Positions 13,826-58,039 of a DNA stretch of 64,000 bases are shown here, piece after piece; the first letter of the stretch is position 1; every line of letters begins with the position of its first letter. The translations under genes and the position numbers were made by a program. The notes under the pieces are model-generated. The model searched no databases. It saw nothing but the letters and a program-made list of their open reading frames with translations, and had not been told where the DNA came from. Origin of the DNA: Lama glama (taxonomy: Eukaryota); the NCBI GenBank assembly GCA_028534125.1, contig CM052826.1:16058001-16122000 (forward strand). Reading direction: 5' to 3'.

Positions 13826-14680
13826 CTTCGGTTCCCAAACTTTCTTGGTTCATAGTGCCCTTAGCATCTCAATTTTTTCATCATGATCTTAGGCCAAAGG
13901 AAATACTTAACACTTTCATTAGGTAGTTAGATATAAACAAATGAATATGTACTAATGTCCTAACAACTGTATATAGCTGTTTGAAAAAAATAAAAGACAT
14001 AAATTGAAAGGAAGAAATATTACATCCTTGCATAACTACAGCCAGTTCCTAATGGAATGTGTGCCAGTTGGGTACTGCACAACTCTTCAAACGTTAGAAC
14101 CAGATCAGACACCCACTGCCCACATTTTCTGTGTCCCACGTTGATTTTTACATGGTACAGTCATCCCTTGGTATTCTCAAGGGATTATTTCGGGGACATA
14201 TACACCTGCCACCAGACACTCAAAACCACAGATACTCGAGTCCCTTATATAAAATGGCATAGTGTTTGCATATAACCTGTTGCATGTCCTCTGTCCTCTC
14301 ATACATTTTAAATCATCTCTAGGTTACTTATACCTAATACAGTGTAAATGCTATGTAAATGCTTGTAAACACAGCGTAAATTCTGTGTAGTTGTCAGTGC
14401 ACAGCAAATTGAAGTTTTGCTTTTTGGAACTTTCGGGAACCCCCCCCCCAACATTTTTGATCAGCTGTTGATTGAATCTGCAGATACCAAGGGCCAACTA
14501 ACCATGTTTGCTATTTATCACAACTGCTAAACACAGGTGTTGCAAGATATGACGTCGAAAGGAATACAGTGCAGTCTAACATTGAAATTATCAATTACCT
14601 TGAGCTTATAGTTCTCACAGTGCCTCTCTGAGTTACTGTGACTCCCTAGGGTGCCTCAGCATCCCGTTGGGGAATCAGGG
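13826..14680 (+). mobile_element. Charlie4-like hAT element split by a MER2 insertion
   Basis: TTCCCAAACTT...CATAGTGCCCTTAG...TAGGCCAAAGGAAATAC on the left; AAGATATGACGTC.GAAAGGAAT...CCCTAGGGTGCCTCAGCA...GGGAA on the right. Confidence 0.65.
14158..14499 (+). mobile_element. MER2(B) TcMar-Tigger MITE nested in the Charlie4-like element
   Basis: TA|CAGTCATCCCTTGGTAT...GTCCCTTATATAAAATGGC..AGTGTTTGCATATAACCT...AATCATCTCTAG...GGGCCAACT. Confidence 0.85.
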
Positions 14681-16774
14681 CACTAATTTCTCTTCATCTA
14701 TTTCTTCTTATTCCTGTAAACTGGAAATAACGTCGTAAGCTATCTGTTGAGAGTAGATCCAGAAATTGGGCACCTGGTTGGGTCATGCAGCTTTCTTTTG
14801 CTTGGATACGATACGTCAAATTCTCTTCCTGTCCCTTGACCTTCAACTAACTGAATACAGTAATTGGTGGCTCCCACCTCTTGGCCACAGGTAAGTGTGA
14901 AAATAAAGGGAATAGCATTTTTGGATCTTTTAGATGTAAAATTTTGATTGAATTGGTTGAAGTTGGTGTCTACACTGTCATGAGAATCCAAGTAATAAAT
15001 TCCTCCTAGTATCTACATATAGATTTATAAGTTGGAGTTTTTAGCCTCCTCTCCCTATTGAGCCATGGTGCTGAGAGCCATTGATTTTCTGCAGGACTCA
15101 GAGCACACAGAGCAATCTTATAGGCACCCTCACTGATTTACCCTGTCTCCATTCACCCATTCTTTGGTTCCCCATCTTTTGCATCTGTAAACACTATGCT
15201 GCATTGTGCAGGTATAGTTGAGGATGAAACTATATTCCAGGCAGGAATGCGATTCTTGTCTCTACCTCCCGATGATCCTGGAATCCAACCTCAGTGCTCC
15301 ATCTAAGGGCTCCCCCACCCCCACCCCCACCCCCTTGCTCCTGCCCTACAGTCAGGGACTTGTGAAGGATAAAACCCAGCGTGGTCACATGGTCCCTACA
15401 CTGTGCCACCCCGCCTGTTCTCCTTTCAGCTCTTCACAGGCCCTGGTATCTCTCCTGCCTCCATACCTGTGCCTGTATTACTGCGTCAGTTTTTCCTTCT
15501 CCTGTCCGTCATAAGCCTTGTCCCTCTCTGCCTCACCCACCACAGGAGTGCACACCCTCCTTGTCCGTGATCACAGTGGCCCTACCATTCTTTTTCACAA
15601 TACTCATCCAAGTATTGCTTAATCACCCGAAGAACATCATGTTGACTGCAGAGTCCCCAGCCCTGGCATGTAGCTCAGACAGGACACGTTAGCTGATTAA
15701 GTGAGAGTGTAACAGTCAAATTTTCTGTGTGAGAGTGCAAGCTGGTTTCCTTTTCCAGAGCTCTGAATTGGGCTTAGAAGACCTAGGGTGACAACCGTGT
15801 GGTCACTGTAGGGTGACTACTTTACCTGAGTCATTCACTAAGCACCTGCTGTGTATTCAGAGGACAAGAGTGAAGTAAAGATGGCCCTGCCCTTGGGCTT
15901 CCAGGTGTGTGTGCTGACCATTGAAGCCACTAGACAGAGATCAGGGAAGCACCAGGTACAGCAGATAAAAGGCATGAAGCTGATAGGGAAGGGGCCCATT
16001 GTGGCTACCATGTTGTTTGGAGTGTTGATGCTAGGGACTGGGACAGTACACGGTAGGGGAGACTACTGGGAAGGATTTACCCAATGTCGCAACACAGTTG
16101 GACCTGTGCCTTACAAAAGTCATCCTGGCTGTCGCAGGGAGCTGTTCACCAGTGCCTCGCTTCCTTGGCCCACAACAGACTAGAGACTCTTGTTGTCTTC
16201 CCTAGTGTTCTTTGCTTCAGCATGAATGAATGGCTTTTTAAAGTTTTTGAGGAGTTTACTTGTCTGCAGTCCTCAAACAGCTGATCTGCAAGCTGCAGAC
16301 TATCCTGGGTGTGGTTTCTTGAGGTATGAGTGCTGCCCAGGCCCCCAAGTGAATATAGTACAGGAATCCCAGGCATCCTGTGATGATCCTCATGGCTTAG
16401 TTGTCATATGTGGTGATCCCATACATTGGGGCCATGGATGTCACCTGTCTTCAGTTGTCCTCAGAGCTTCATAAAAGAAACTTTGAGGTACTTGTGGATC
16501 CATCTCATCTGTCAGACTCATCATTTCTTTACATTTGGGCTGGCAGCCTCCAGCATTTTCTTTCCTTATGAATTGACCTCAGTTGTTACAAGGGTGTGGG
16601 TTTTGTGGTTGGTTTTTCGTATTACTTAAAATGGGCCAGCCTCTCCCAGCTGTTTGCATTGGACTCTCTTAGAGGTGCATATTCAGCTCACAGATGGGGA
16701 CTTTGACTCAAAAGCCAACTGAAACTTTCCAGGAATTGTGCCAGATTATGGGCCACAGTAACTGGATAGGCCTG

Positions 16775-16880
16775 ATCTTTCTACTTCCTGGGTCAGTTAC
16801 GTTTCTATGCCTCGATTTTCTTATCTTTAAAATGGGGATGAGGCTAGAACCAGTCTGAGTTGTCAAGATTAAATGCCACT
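16775..16880 (+). mobile_element. MIR fragment
   Basis: CTGGGTCAGTTAC..TTCTATGCCTCGATTTTCTTATCTTTAAAATGGGGATGA...GTTGTCAAGATTAAATG. Confidence 0.7.
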
Positions 16881-19800
16881 GTGTGTCAGATGGGAGGTGG
16901 TTGGGTGTTCTGGCTGGAAAGGGTGTTTTGGCTTCTGTGGTGGAGGTAGTGGTTTAAAGCAGAGATGAGACAAAGTTAGAGTGTCACATTTTCTGTAGAA
17001 AAAGCTCTGTTCATTTTTTGAGCAGAAAATTCAGCTTCCTTGGCTCAAGGGCCCATGTGGGCGTGGTTTGAAGGTGAAGGAAAGTAGTTGTGTCTAGAGC
17101 CCTCCATCCTTGGCTTTGCCGAGAGTCCATTTGGAAGGAGAAGAGGCACACAGCCCAGAAGTTCCAGATCTCAGTTGCCTTGACTTCATCTTGCCTTGGA
17201 GACACTGCTTAAAGATTTCCAGCACATCGTTACTTAATGGAAAATTTATGGAGCTTCTTCCTCCTGGTGGGAGGTGCTTGTTTCAGCCCTCTGGCAGCCT
17301 GTGTCCTTGTGGCTGACAGAGCTTCACTGCCCTCGGGCCAGCACATCTCCTTAGAAGTGGGGCTGCTCCTGCTCCTTGCCTGCCACAGCTTACCCGGCAC
17401 GTGCTTAGCTGTGTAATTCCTAAGCTTCTTTGTAGGAGGTATTTAATAGTAGAAACCAAACTGCAGATCATTCTTCATCTTCACTAAATGCCACCCTCAC
17501 TCCCAGGGTCACTTCTCCAGTGCGTCTAAGCCTCCCTTCATGATGGGGCCACAGTTACATTCATCCTCTTTTGTTCCTTTGTTCTTGCTGGTCCTGATGC
17601 ATGGAAACCCTCTTCCAGCCAACTCCAGGCATCCTTAAACCCGACTGACATATTTCTTTCTCTGTTGTGCTGCCTCTCTGTGAATACCTGTATCCAAGCA
17701 CTCAGCATGTCCTGTATCTCTCTGTATCTAGCTCATGACCACCAAACCACAGGCTCTTGGCTAGCTGGCATGTTGCCTGTGCCATTCATCTTTCTGTCTC
17801 CCCTTGTGTCTTACTGGTTTCCAACCGCAGTTTCTTTAGTTGCCCCGTAAATGATTACCCCATCCACTTAACCTATGGAGGGTTTGTGAGGGAGCACTGT
17901 ATAGTTCCTGCCATCCTGTGAGTGCCTCTCCATCCTCTCTCCCTCTTCCAACAATTTTCTGCAAATTCTAGCCCACTGGCTTCCCCACCTGGAACCTGGA
18001 GTTAGTCTTAGCTGGCTGCCCTCACCACTCCTTACTTTATCCTTGTCCTGTTCTATCGTGATATCCTTAACTGTTTGTTTTTGTTTTTACCAGTTTACTG
18101 TTTTGCTTATAGCAGCTTTATTTTGAAAGGATACCAAATCAGAAGTAACATTGACATCAGAGTTTTTTAAAGACCATGAGAACAAAACAATATTGTTAAA
18201 TTCCATCTAGATAATAGTATTGTCTGCTGTCATCCCTCAGCACAGCCTTTCACACTAGCACAAACAGGGATTACCTGTCAATACTGGAATGAGAATAAAA
18301 GGAAATGAAAAGAAGGGAATGTGCACTAAATGATTAAATGCCATCTATCTAAAGCCAGTTTGTGCTCTCCTGGTGGCTTTGGGGACATGGCTCTGTGAAC
18401 CTTTCCATGGCCCCATCCCCGAGCCCTGGCGTGTCTCTCTGCAGGTGGCTGTGGACCCTACTTCTCTGAGATTGAGGTCCCCACTGTTTATCAACTAAAC
18501 CTCAGAACTTGGAGGAATCTTTTTCCTCTTTCCTGCCATTCACTTCAGGAGTGAAGGCATGCTTTTTGTCTGCAAGACTCCATGCACAGTCGAATGCAGC
18601 TTCCAGTGTGCTGCCTTCTCACGCTGCCCTCCATACCCTGCTTCACCTTAGGTCAGCAGTGACATACTCTCGGCCAGAATCCCCCCCACCCCAGTCACAC
18701 TCAGTGTCAGGTGATTCACCCTAGCCCCTTGTTCTCTCTTCCCTCTGAGCAGGCTCTTTCACCTTACCCCAGCCTTTGGATGCTCCCCACCCTGAATCTG
18801 TATGTGACCTCCTTCCTGCTTTCACTGAGATGCGTTTACTCAAGTCTGGGCTCCAGGGTACACCCCATCCTTTCCAAGTTCCCAGCCAGGTACACTTTAG
18901 GTACCCCCCACCAGTAGACCTCCAAGCGCACCCTCCCTCCTTGATTCATTGCATGGCACTTATTTCCAGGACAACATGGCCCTTAGTTCTGGCCAAACTT
19001 GTACCAGAAATATCCCTGATGGTAAAGGGAAGTGCATTGTATCCCCAGAGCCTGAAGCAAGCCTACCCAGTCATGCCTGCCTTTGAAAACTATCGTAGTC
19101 CACAGTGCTCCTGCAAGGTTGTGTTGTTGCAAAGTTTCATGATGTCCACTGTCAAATTAAGTTGCTTCAGGGAAGTGCCCCTTCTTAGTACTGAACCCCA
19201 GGCACACTGCTGTCTTGGCTTGGGGAATGCTTTCACTGGCTGCTGGCCAGCCAGTCCCCACCTCCAGTCCCCAACACACTCTCATGTCAGATACCTGTCT
19301 AGTTTTATCTCTGGGTGCCCCTTCCCCATCTCTAGCACCGTGTGTGCAAGAGAGGTGCTAAGAATTGGCTTTGCACCCACAAAAGCCCCCTTCCTGTGAG
19401 TGTTCTTCCTGGGCAGATGTTCTCCATGTAGAGAACTTAGAGGTTTCCGTAGGAGCTGTCCCTTGCCTCTAAAGTCTTGAGAGTTACCCTGAGAGGGTGC
19501 AAACTGAATTTTTTGCTGGCATCTTGGATGCATTTGGACATCATTAAATACTTAAGTTTAGCATCAGATGCAAGACCACCTCTAGACACCTAATTCACAT
19601 TGCTGTAACATTCCTTCCCTCCAGCATTGGACAGTATCGCCCTTTTCTCTGAGCTAAAGGATTAATGAATTATTCATTATTTTTTGAGTGATTGGCATCT
19701 CATTTCTGAATAGGCAAAAGGCACTCTTAAATCACTTATCTCTTTGAAAAGGGTTAGAGAGCAGTCTTTCCTCTTAAAGCAAAGGATTCATTTCTCAGAT

Positions 19801-21247
19801 CTGTAAGATCCGGAGTCTTACACTCAGTGGCCATGGGCTGCTCCCACACAGGTCCCCTCCCTGCCACAGCCTTCTCCTTAGAGCAGCACGCTCTACGTGT
19901 GTTCTCTAAGCAGTTGATAGCTAGACCTGCAGTCAGCACCCTGGAAGGAAAGCAGTCTCCCTGGCCATGCTGATTTTATCTGGCCTTGGGCTGAGGTCTA
20001 GCTCTTTACAGCCCTGCCATGATGGACTAAGTTGCTTTTACTTGAGTGAGTTGCTTTTCACACAGTGAGTTCCTTTCTCGTGCCCTTAAAATTTGGTAAT
20101 TTGCCAGAACTGCATTTACAAAAACCATTGCGAGAACCTTGTTTTAAATTACACTTGGACTGAATTATATAGTAATTCAACAGCAGGTAGAATAACTAGT
20201 ATCTGTTAAGTGTATTCCAGAGCAAAAGCTGTGACATAGCCAGCCAGCTTGACCCCTCTACCCACCAGAGTCCTGTGATCCTAAAAATCTGCTCTGCTCT
20301 CTTTTCCTAAAACCTTGCCTGACTTCCTCAGCTAGAGAGGTTTTCTTACCCTGACTGAACTCCTAGGTTTATTACTGGAGTCACCCATTAGATGCAGGCA
20401 GCTCCTAGCTTACAAAGTCTTTTTTCCTCCGCAGACTCATTCCTTTTTCTTGCCAGTAGAAAGGTGTCAGAAGCATAGCGCACAAAAGGTGCAAATGGTC
20501 GGTACACTTTTGAGCAGATGTTTCTTCTTATGAATAGAGTGTGGAAACTCTTGGCACTCTGAGTAATGAGTGGGTTAATGTGTTTCCGGGTTAGGGGACA
20601 GTTTGACAGTAAAAAACATGTACCCGCTGCCCTGTGGCTCTCCTGTAAGTAACTGAACAGGATACATATAAGGCACTGATCGGGGGTCTCCTGTGTCGCC
20701 CCGTCCTGGTGGATCACAGGTGCCTCTCTGTGCTTTTATAAATAAGCTTTGGAAAGCTGGTTAATAAAACAGTAGGTTGAGTATGGATTTGTTTTTATGT
20801 TATCAGCAGTTACCTTGTGGTATTTCTTTAATTAGCAAACACGCATTATTTAAATTACCGAAAAAATGTTCTTCGTAAGTGTGAGGTTTGTCCCTGAGTG
20901 CTCAGTAGTGTATTGCATGGGCCATTCAAGGGTGGGCAGCCTGGCCTTCCTACTGCTTCCTGCCAGGCCCCTGCTTACCAAATGGAATTACTTGGGTGGA
21001 TGCTTCATGAGTCACAAATACAATTTTAATGAAAATGACATAATTTGGGATTTGTAAATAATCCTGTCTAACACACAAGCAGTGTCCCCTAAAAACTCTT
21101 AGATGTGAAAACTTGATTATTGTATCCACTTCCCCATGAACTTCATACCTTCTGCAGCCTCTTCCAGCTCCTGGTTGACTCTGGACTCCATGCCCTGGCC
21201 CTCAAAGTTGGGGCCTCTTTCCTTCCTACTGATTGATGAGTCTTTAA

Positions 21248-54340
<33,093 letters not shown>

Positions 54341-56293
54341 NNNNNNNNNNNNNNNNNNNNNNNNNNNNNNNNNNNNNNNNNNNNNNNNNNNNNNNAGTGT
54401 TAGGGGCAGCAGTGGAGGCAGTAGCAGCGGCAAGGGGGTGTCTCCGGGCCTGGCCCTCCTGCATGCTACGCCTGGGGCAGGCCTGATGGGCAGCTGAGGA
54501 TCGCAGAGCCTATCTGCCTTACAGCCAGCCAGACGTCCCGCCACCCATCCCCCCACAGGACGTCGGCTCAGAGCACGCCTCACCACGAGCAAGTGCCGGC
54601 CAGACCCAAGCCCCGAGTCTCCGCGTGTTGGGCAGAGGCCCTTCTCTCCGCCAAATGTCTACACAGTATACACAGGACATCGTTGCTGCCGCCACCATGA
54701 CTGATTTTCTGTCCCTGAGGACGTGACATTCATGACGTCCTGCCTGCCAGGAGTCCTTCCCCACACCCCCAGCTGCTGCTGCCCACACCCAGGAGACCAG
54801 GGCAAGCCTGCAAGAGCTGGAGGTGGCGAGGGAGCTGGCCCACCCCCTTGCTGGCACTGACTTTGCCTTGAACAGACCCCACCCCACCCCTCCCCTCCCC
54901 CCACAAGCCTTTAATCGAGAGCCGCTCTCTGTAAGTGTTCGCTTGTGCAAAAGGGAATAGTGCCGTGGAGGTGTGTGTGTGTCCATGGCAATCTGGAGTG
55001 AGGTGACTGTCACACGCGCGTATGTGGGCCGGCCTCGCCAGGCGAGTGAGGCCACCAACCAAAGTCAGTTCCTTCCCACCTGTGTTTCTGGGTTTTTTTC
55101 TATATATATNNNNNNNNNNNNNNNNNNNNNNNNNNNNNNNNNNNNNNNNNNNNNNNNNNNNNNNNNNNNNNNNNNNNNNNNNNNNNNNNNNNNNNNNNNN
55201 NNNNNNNNNNNNNNNNNNNNNNNNNNNNNNNNNNNNNNNNNNNNNNNNNNNNNNNNNNNNNNNNNACATAGTTGGCATATCTTTGTTTGAAGTTTGTTGG
55301 TGACTCCACCAAACTGGTGTAAAAAAAAGCTCAAAAAAAAAAAAAACCCACAAAAAACAACGAAACAAAAACCTACAAAACACACAAAAAAAACTGCCTA
55401 TATTTTACTCAATTTCAAACTTTATTAGTCTATTTTTAATTATAAAGTCAGAAAGCTGCATTTTCTTTCCCCTTTTTCTGCCCCTATTCGTCGGCTTCTT
55501 TGTTTTTTAACGTCAAATCTGTTTGAGGGTTTTTTTGTTTTGTTTTGTTTTTTTAACCAGGAAAGGAAGGGCCAGGGCATGAGGCAGGCACAGGGGGCCA
55601 GGGGCCACAGGCCACAGACTGAGGCAGAGGCTCCCTGCCTGACGCCTGGCCCTTATCAGCCGGCTGCCCCTTCCCCCACTTTTTAAAAAATTTTGTAATT
55701 GGAGCCCTTGGTGAGNNNNNNNNNNNNNNNNNNNNNNNNNNNNNNNNNNNNNNNNNNNNNNNNNNNNNNNNNNNNNNNNNNNNNNNNNNNNNNNNNNNNN
55801 NNNNNNNNNNNNNNNNNNNNNNNNNNNNNNNNNNNNNNNNNNNNNNNNNNNNNNNNNNNNNNNNNNNNNNNGTGTCTCCCTGACATTTCTTTGTGAACCA
55901 CCTGTTGCCTAGGCTAGGCCCAGGGGGCCCTCCAGACCACCTTTGTACAAGAACTACCACCGGGGACCACCTGGCCTGTCTGGCCTGACTGCTGTCCCTA
56001 GGCAGGAACTGCCCCCACAAGCTGAAGCTATGACAGGGAGCCCAGGTACCCGTTCTTCCTGTGGACCCTGGCCTAGGTTGATAGCATGCTCCAGCAGAAC
56101 CTGGCCAAACTCGAGACAGTATTCTTCCCCTTTGCCCTTCCTCCATCTAGTACCCCACTTACCAGAGGACTTGAGTCACTTCCCCCACCTTGCCTGTCTA
56201 CCGAATTCCTCCTTTCATTTAAGCTCAGGGTTAACCAGGTATTCTTAGATAAGTGTACAACCCCCTAAATAGGATCCTCACCCGCCCCCAAGA

Positions 56294-56310
56294 ACACACA
56301 CACACACACA
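56294..56310. repeat. (AC)n microsatellite in the BRD4 3' UTR
   Basis: ACACACACACACACACA. Confidence 0.9.
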
Positions 56311-57133
56311 TTCCTGCCCGAGAAAGTCCACCAGGTGGATATCCTGCTGCCCTGCCTGTATGCCCATCTGTATACACACCCCAGCCACAGGGTGATGGCA
56401 GTACCCAAGAGCGGCCCCCAGGATGTAAGATGAAAGTATATAATTTATATGTATGCAAAGACACAAAGTGAAACATTTCCAGCACTCTTTATTAACCTAT
56501 ACCCCACCTTTTCAACCGGAAAGGCCCTGTATTGTCTTGTGTTTGGGATCTGCTAAACCTCCTAGCAATGGTGTAGTTCAGGCATTCAGCCAGAGACGTC
56601 TTGCCCCTGCTACAGGCACTTCTCCCCTTTTCCCCCAACAAGCACTTCCTCATATACCACTGTGCTGGTTCAAGTGTGACTTAATATTTTGGTCCCTTGG
56701 GGTTCCTTCCATCTCATCCCACTCCCTCATTTTTTTCTGTTGTTTTGTTCAGAAACTACCCCAGGCCAAGTCTGACTGTTTAGCTGGAGAAATGGTTTTG
56801 TCTGCACCTTCCTTCTAAGGTTTTTAACTCTGCCATGGCCCTCTCCACACCTCCCTAATGGGTGTTTAACTGGGTTGTAATTAGAACTTGGATCTACTAT
56901 TTAATTTCTCTGGCNNNNNNNNNNNNNNNNNNNNNNNNNNNNNNNNNNNNNNNNNNNNNNNNNNNNNNNNNNNNNNNNNNNNNNNNNNNNNNNNNNNNNN
57001 NNNNNNNNNNNNNNNNNNNNNNNNNNNNNNNNNNNNNNNNNNNNNNNNNNNNNNNNNNNNNNNNNNNNNNNNNNNNNNNNNNNNNNNNNNNNNNNNNNNN
57101 NNAAGGTTTTTTTTGTGCAGTTCTCATTGCAAA

Positions 57134-57139
57134 AATAAA
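57134..57139 (+). terminator. Distal BRD4 poly(A) signal
   Basis: AATAAA in TTGCAAAAATAAACATTTGTAC, with a downstream U/GU-rich element (TGTCTTTTTGTTT) at about 57180. Confidence 0.75.
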
Positions 57140-57859
57140 CATTTGTACTGAATATAAAATTACCTTCCTGTGACTACTGCTGTCTTTTTGTTTAAGGGCA
57201 GAGCTGGGTGGATGGGGGGAGTGTTCTGTGGCTGAGAAAGAAGGGAGGTCCATAAACACCCACCAGCCATGCAGCCAGATTAGAAGACTCGAGTAATACT
57301 GCTTGGATCAAATGCTTGGAAAATTGACTTGATGGAAAATATAAATGAAACCAAAGCTGTGATACCGGCTAATCATGCAAGAAAAGGTAGGTGATAAGTA
57401 CAGGGAGAACAAACGTTTGTACAATATAGGCAGTGTAATCAGAGACGTGTTTGGTTCTGAGATACACCATTTACTAAGGCAGAACCGCATAAACCACTAT
57501 TCCCTTATAAATAGGAACCCATGGATTTAATTATGGTCCCAGAAAGAGTGTAACGTTTATTTTAGCAGCCTCGACAATACAAATAAGGTTAGGTGTAAGG
57601 GAAAAAGGAAGGTGACAAAAATGAGTGTTTCAAGTTAGAGGAAACCAATAGGAAAACTAAACATGGAAATGACTTGTGCAATGGTGGTGAGGAGGTAAGT
57701 CAATGGATAATGCCCCGAATTCATAATCAAGAAATAGCCACATAAGCACATTTAGAGATAACTAGGTAACCATCAGAAGAAAGCTAAAATCTAATAACTT
57801 CCTCCAGGCGAAAAGAAAGGTGGAGCCCAAGACTGCTACTTTTTCTCAAGTCATGGATT

Positions 57860-57990
57860 GCTGTTAAGCCAGCTGTTAGACTTTGGGCAAATGACTTAAT
57901 TCACGAATTTTTCAGGTGGTCTGTAATACATGGAGGTGATAATAGTACCTACACCTAACAGAATTGTTACAAGGGTTAAATGATAAGTGA
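57860..57990 (+). mobile_element. MIR fragment in the BRD4-EPHX3 intergenic spacer
   Basis: GACTTTGGGCAAATGACTTAA...GGTGATAATAGTACCTAC...GTTACAAGGGTTAAATGA. Confidence 0.7.
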
Positions 57991-58039
57991 CCTTGAAATG
58001 TTCTGGATCTTGGGGGGAGGTTGCAAAACAGGAGGAAGA

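Larger units (their letters stand above)
54396..57160 (+). other. BRD4: BRD4 long-isoform 3' UTR (visible parts)
   Basis: Follows the last exon; blocks match the recalled human UTR; A-rich and U-rich tracts; ends shortly after AATAAA at 57134. Confidence 0.85.

Noticed and set aside
18776-19399. 207-aa intronic ORF
   Set aside because: No recognisable domain or splice context; lies in degenerate, probably old-repeat-derived intron 1 sequence.
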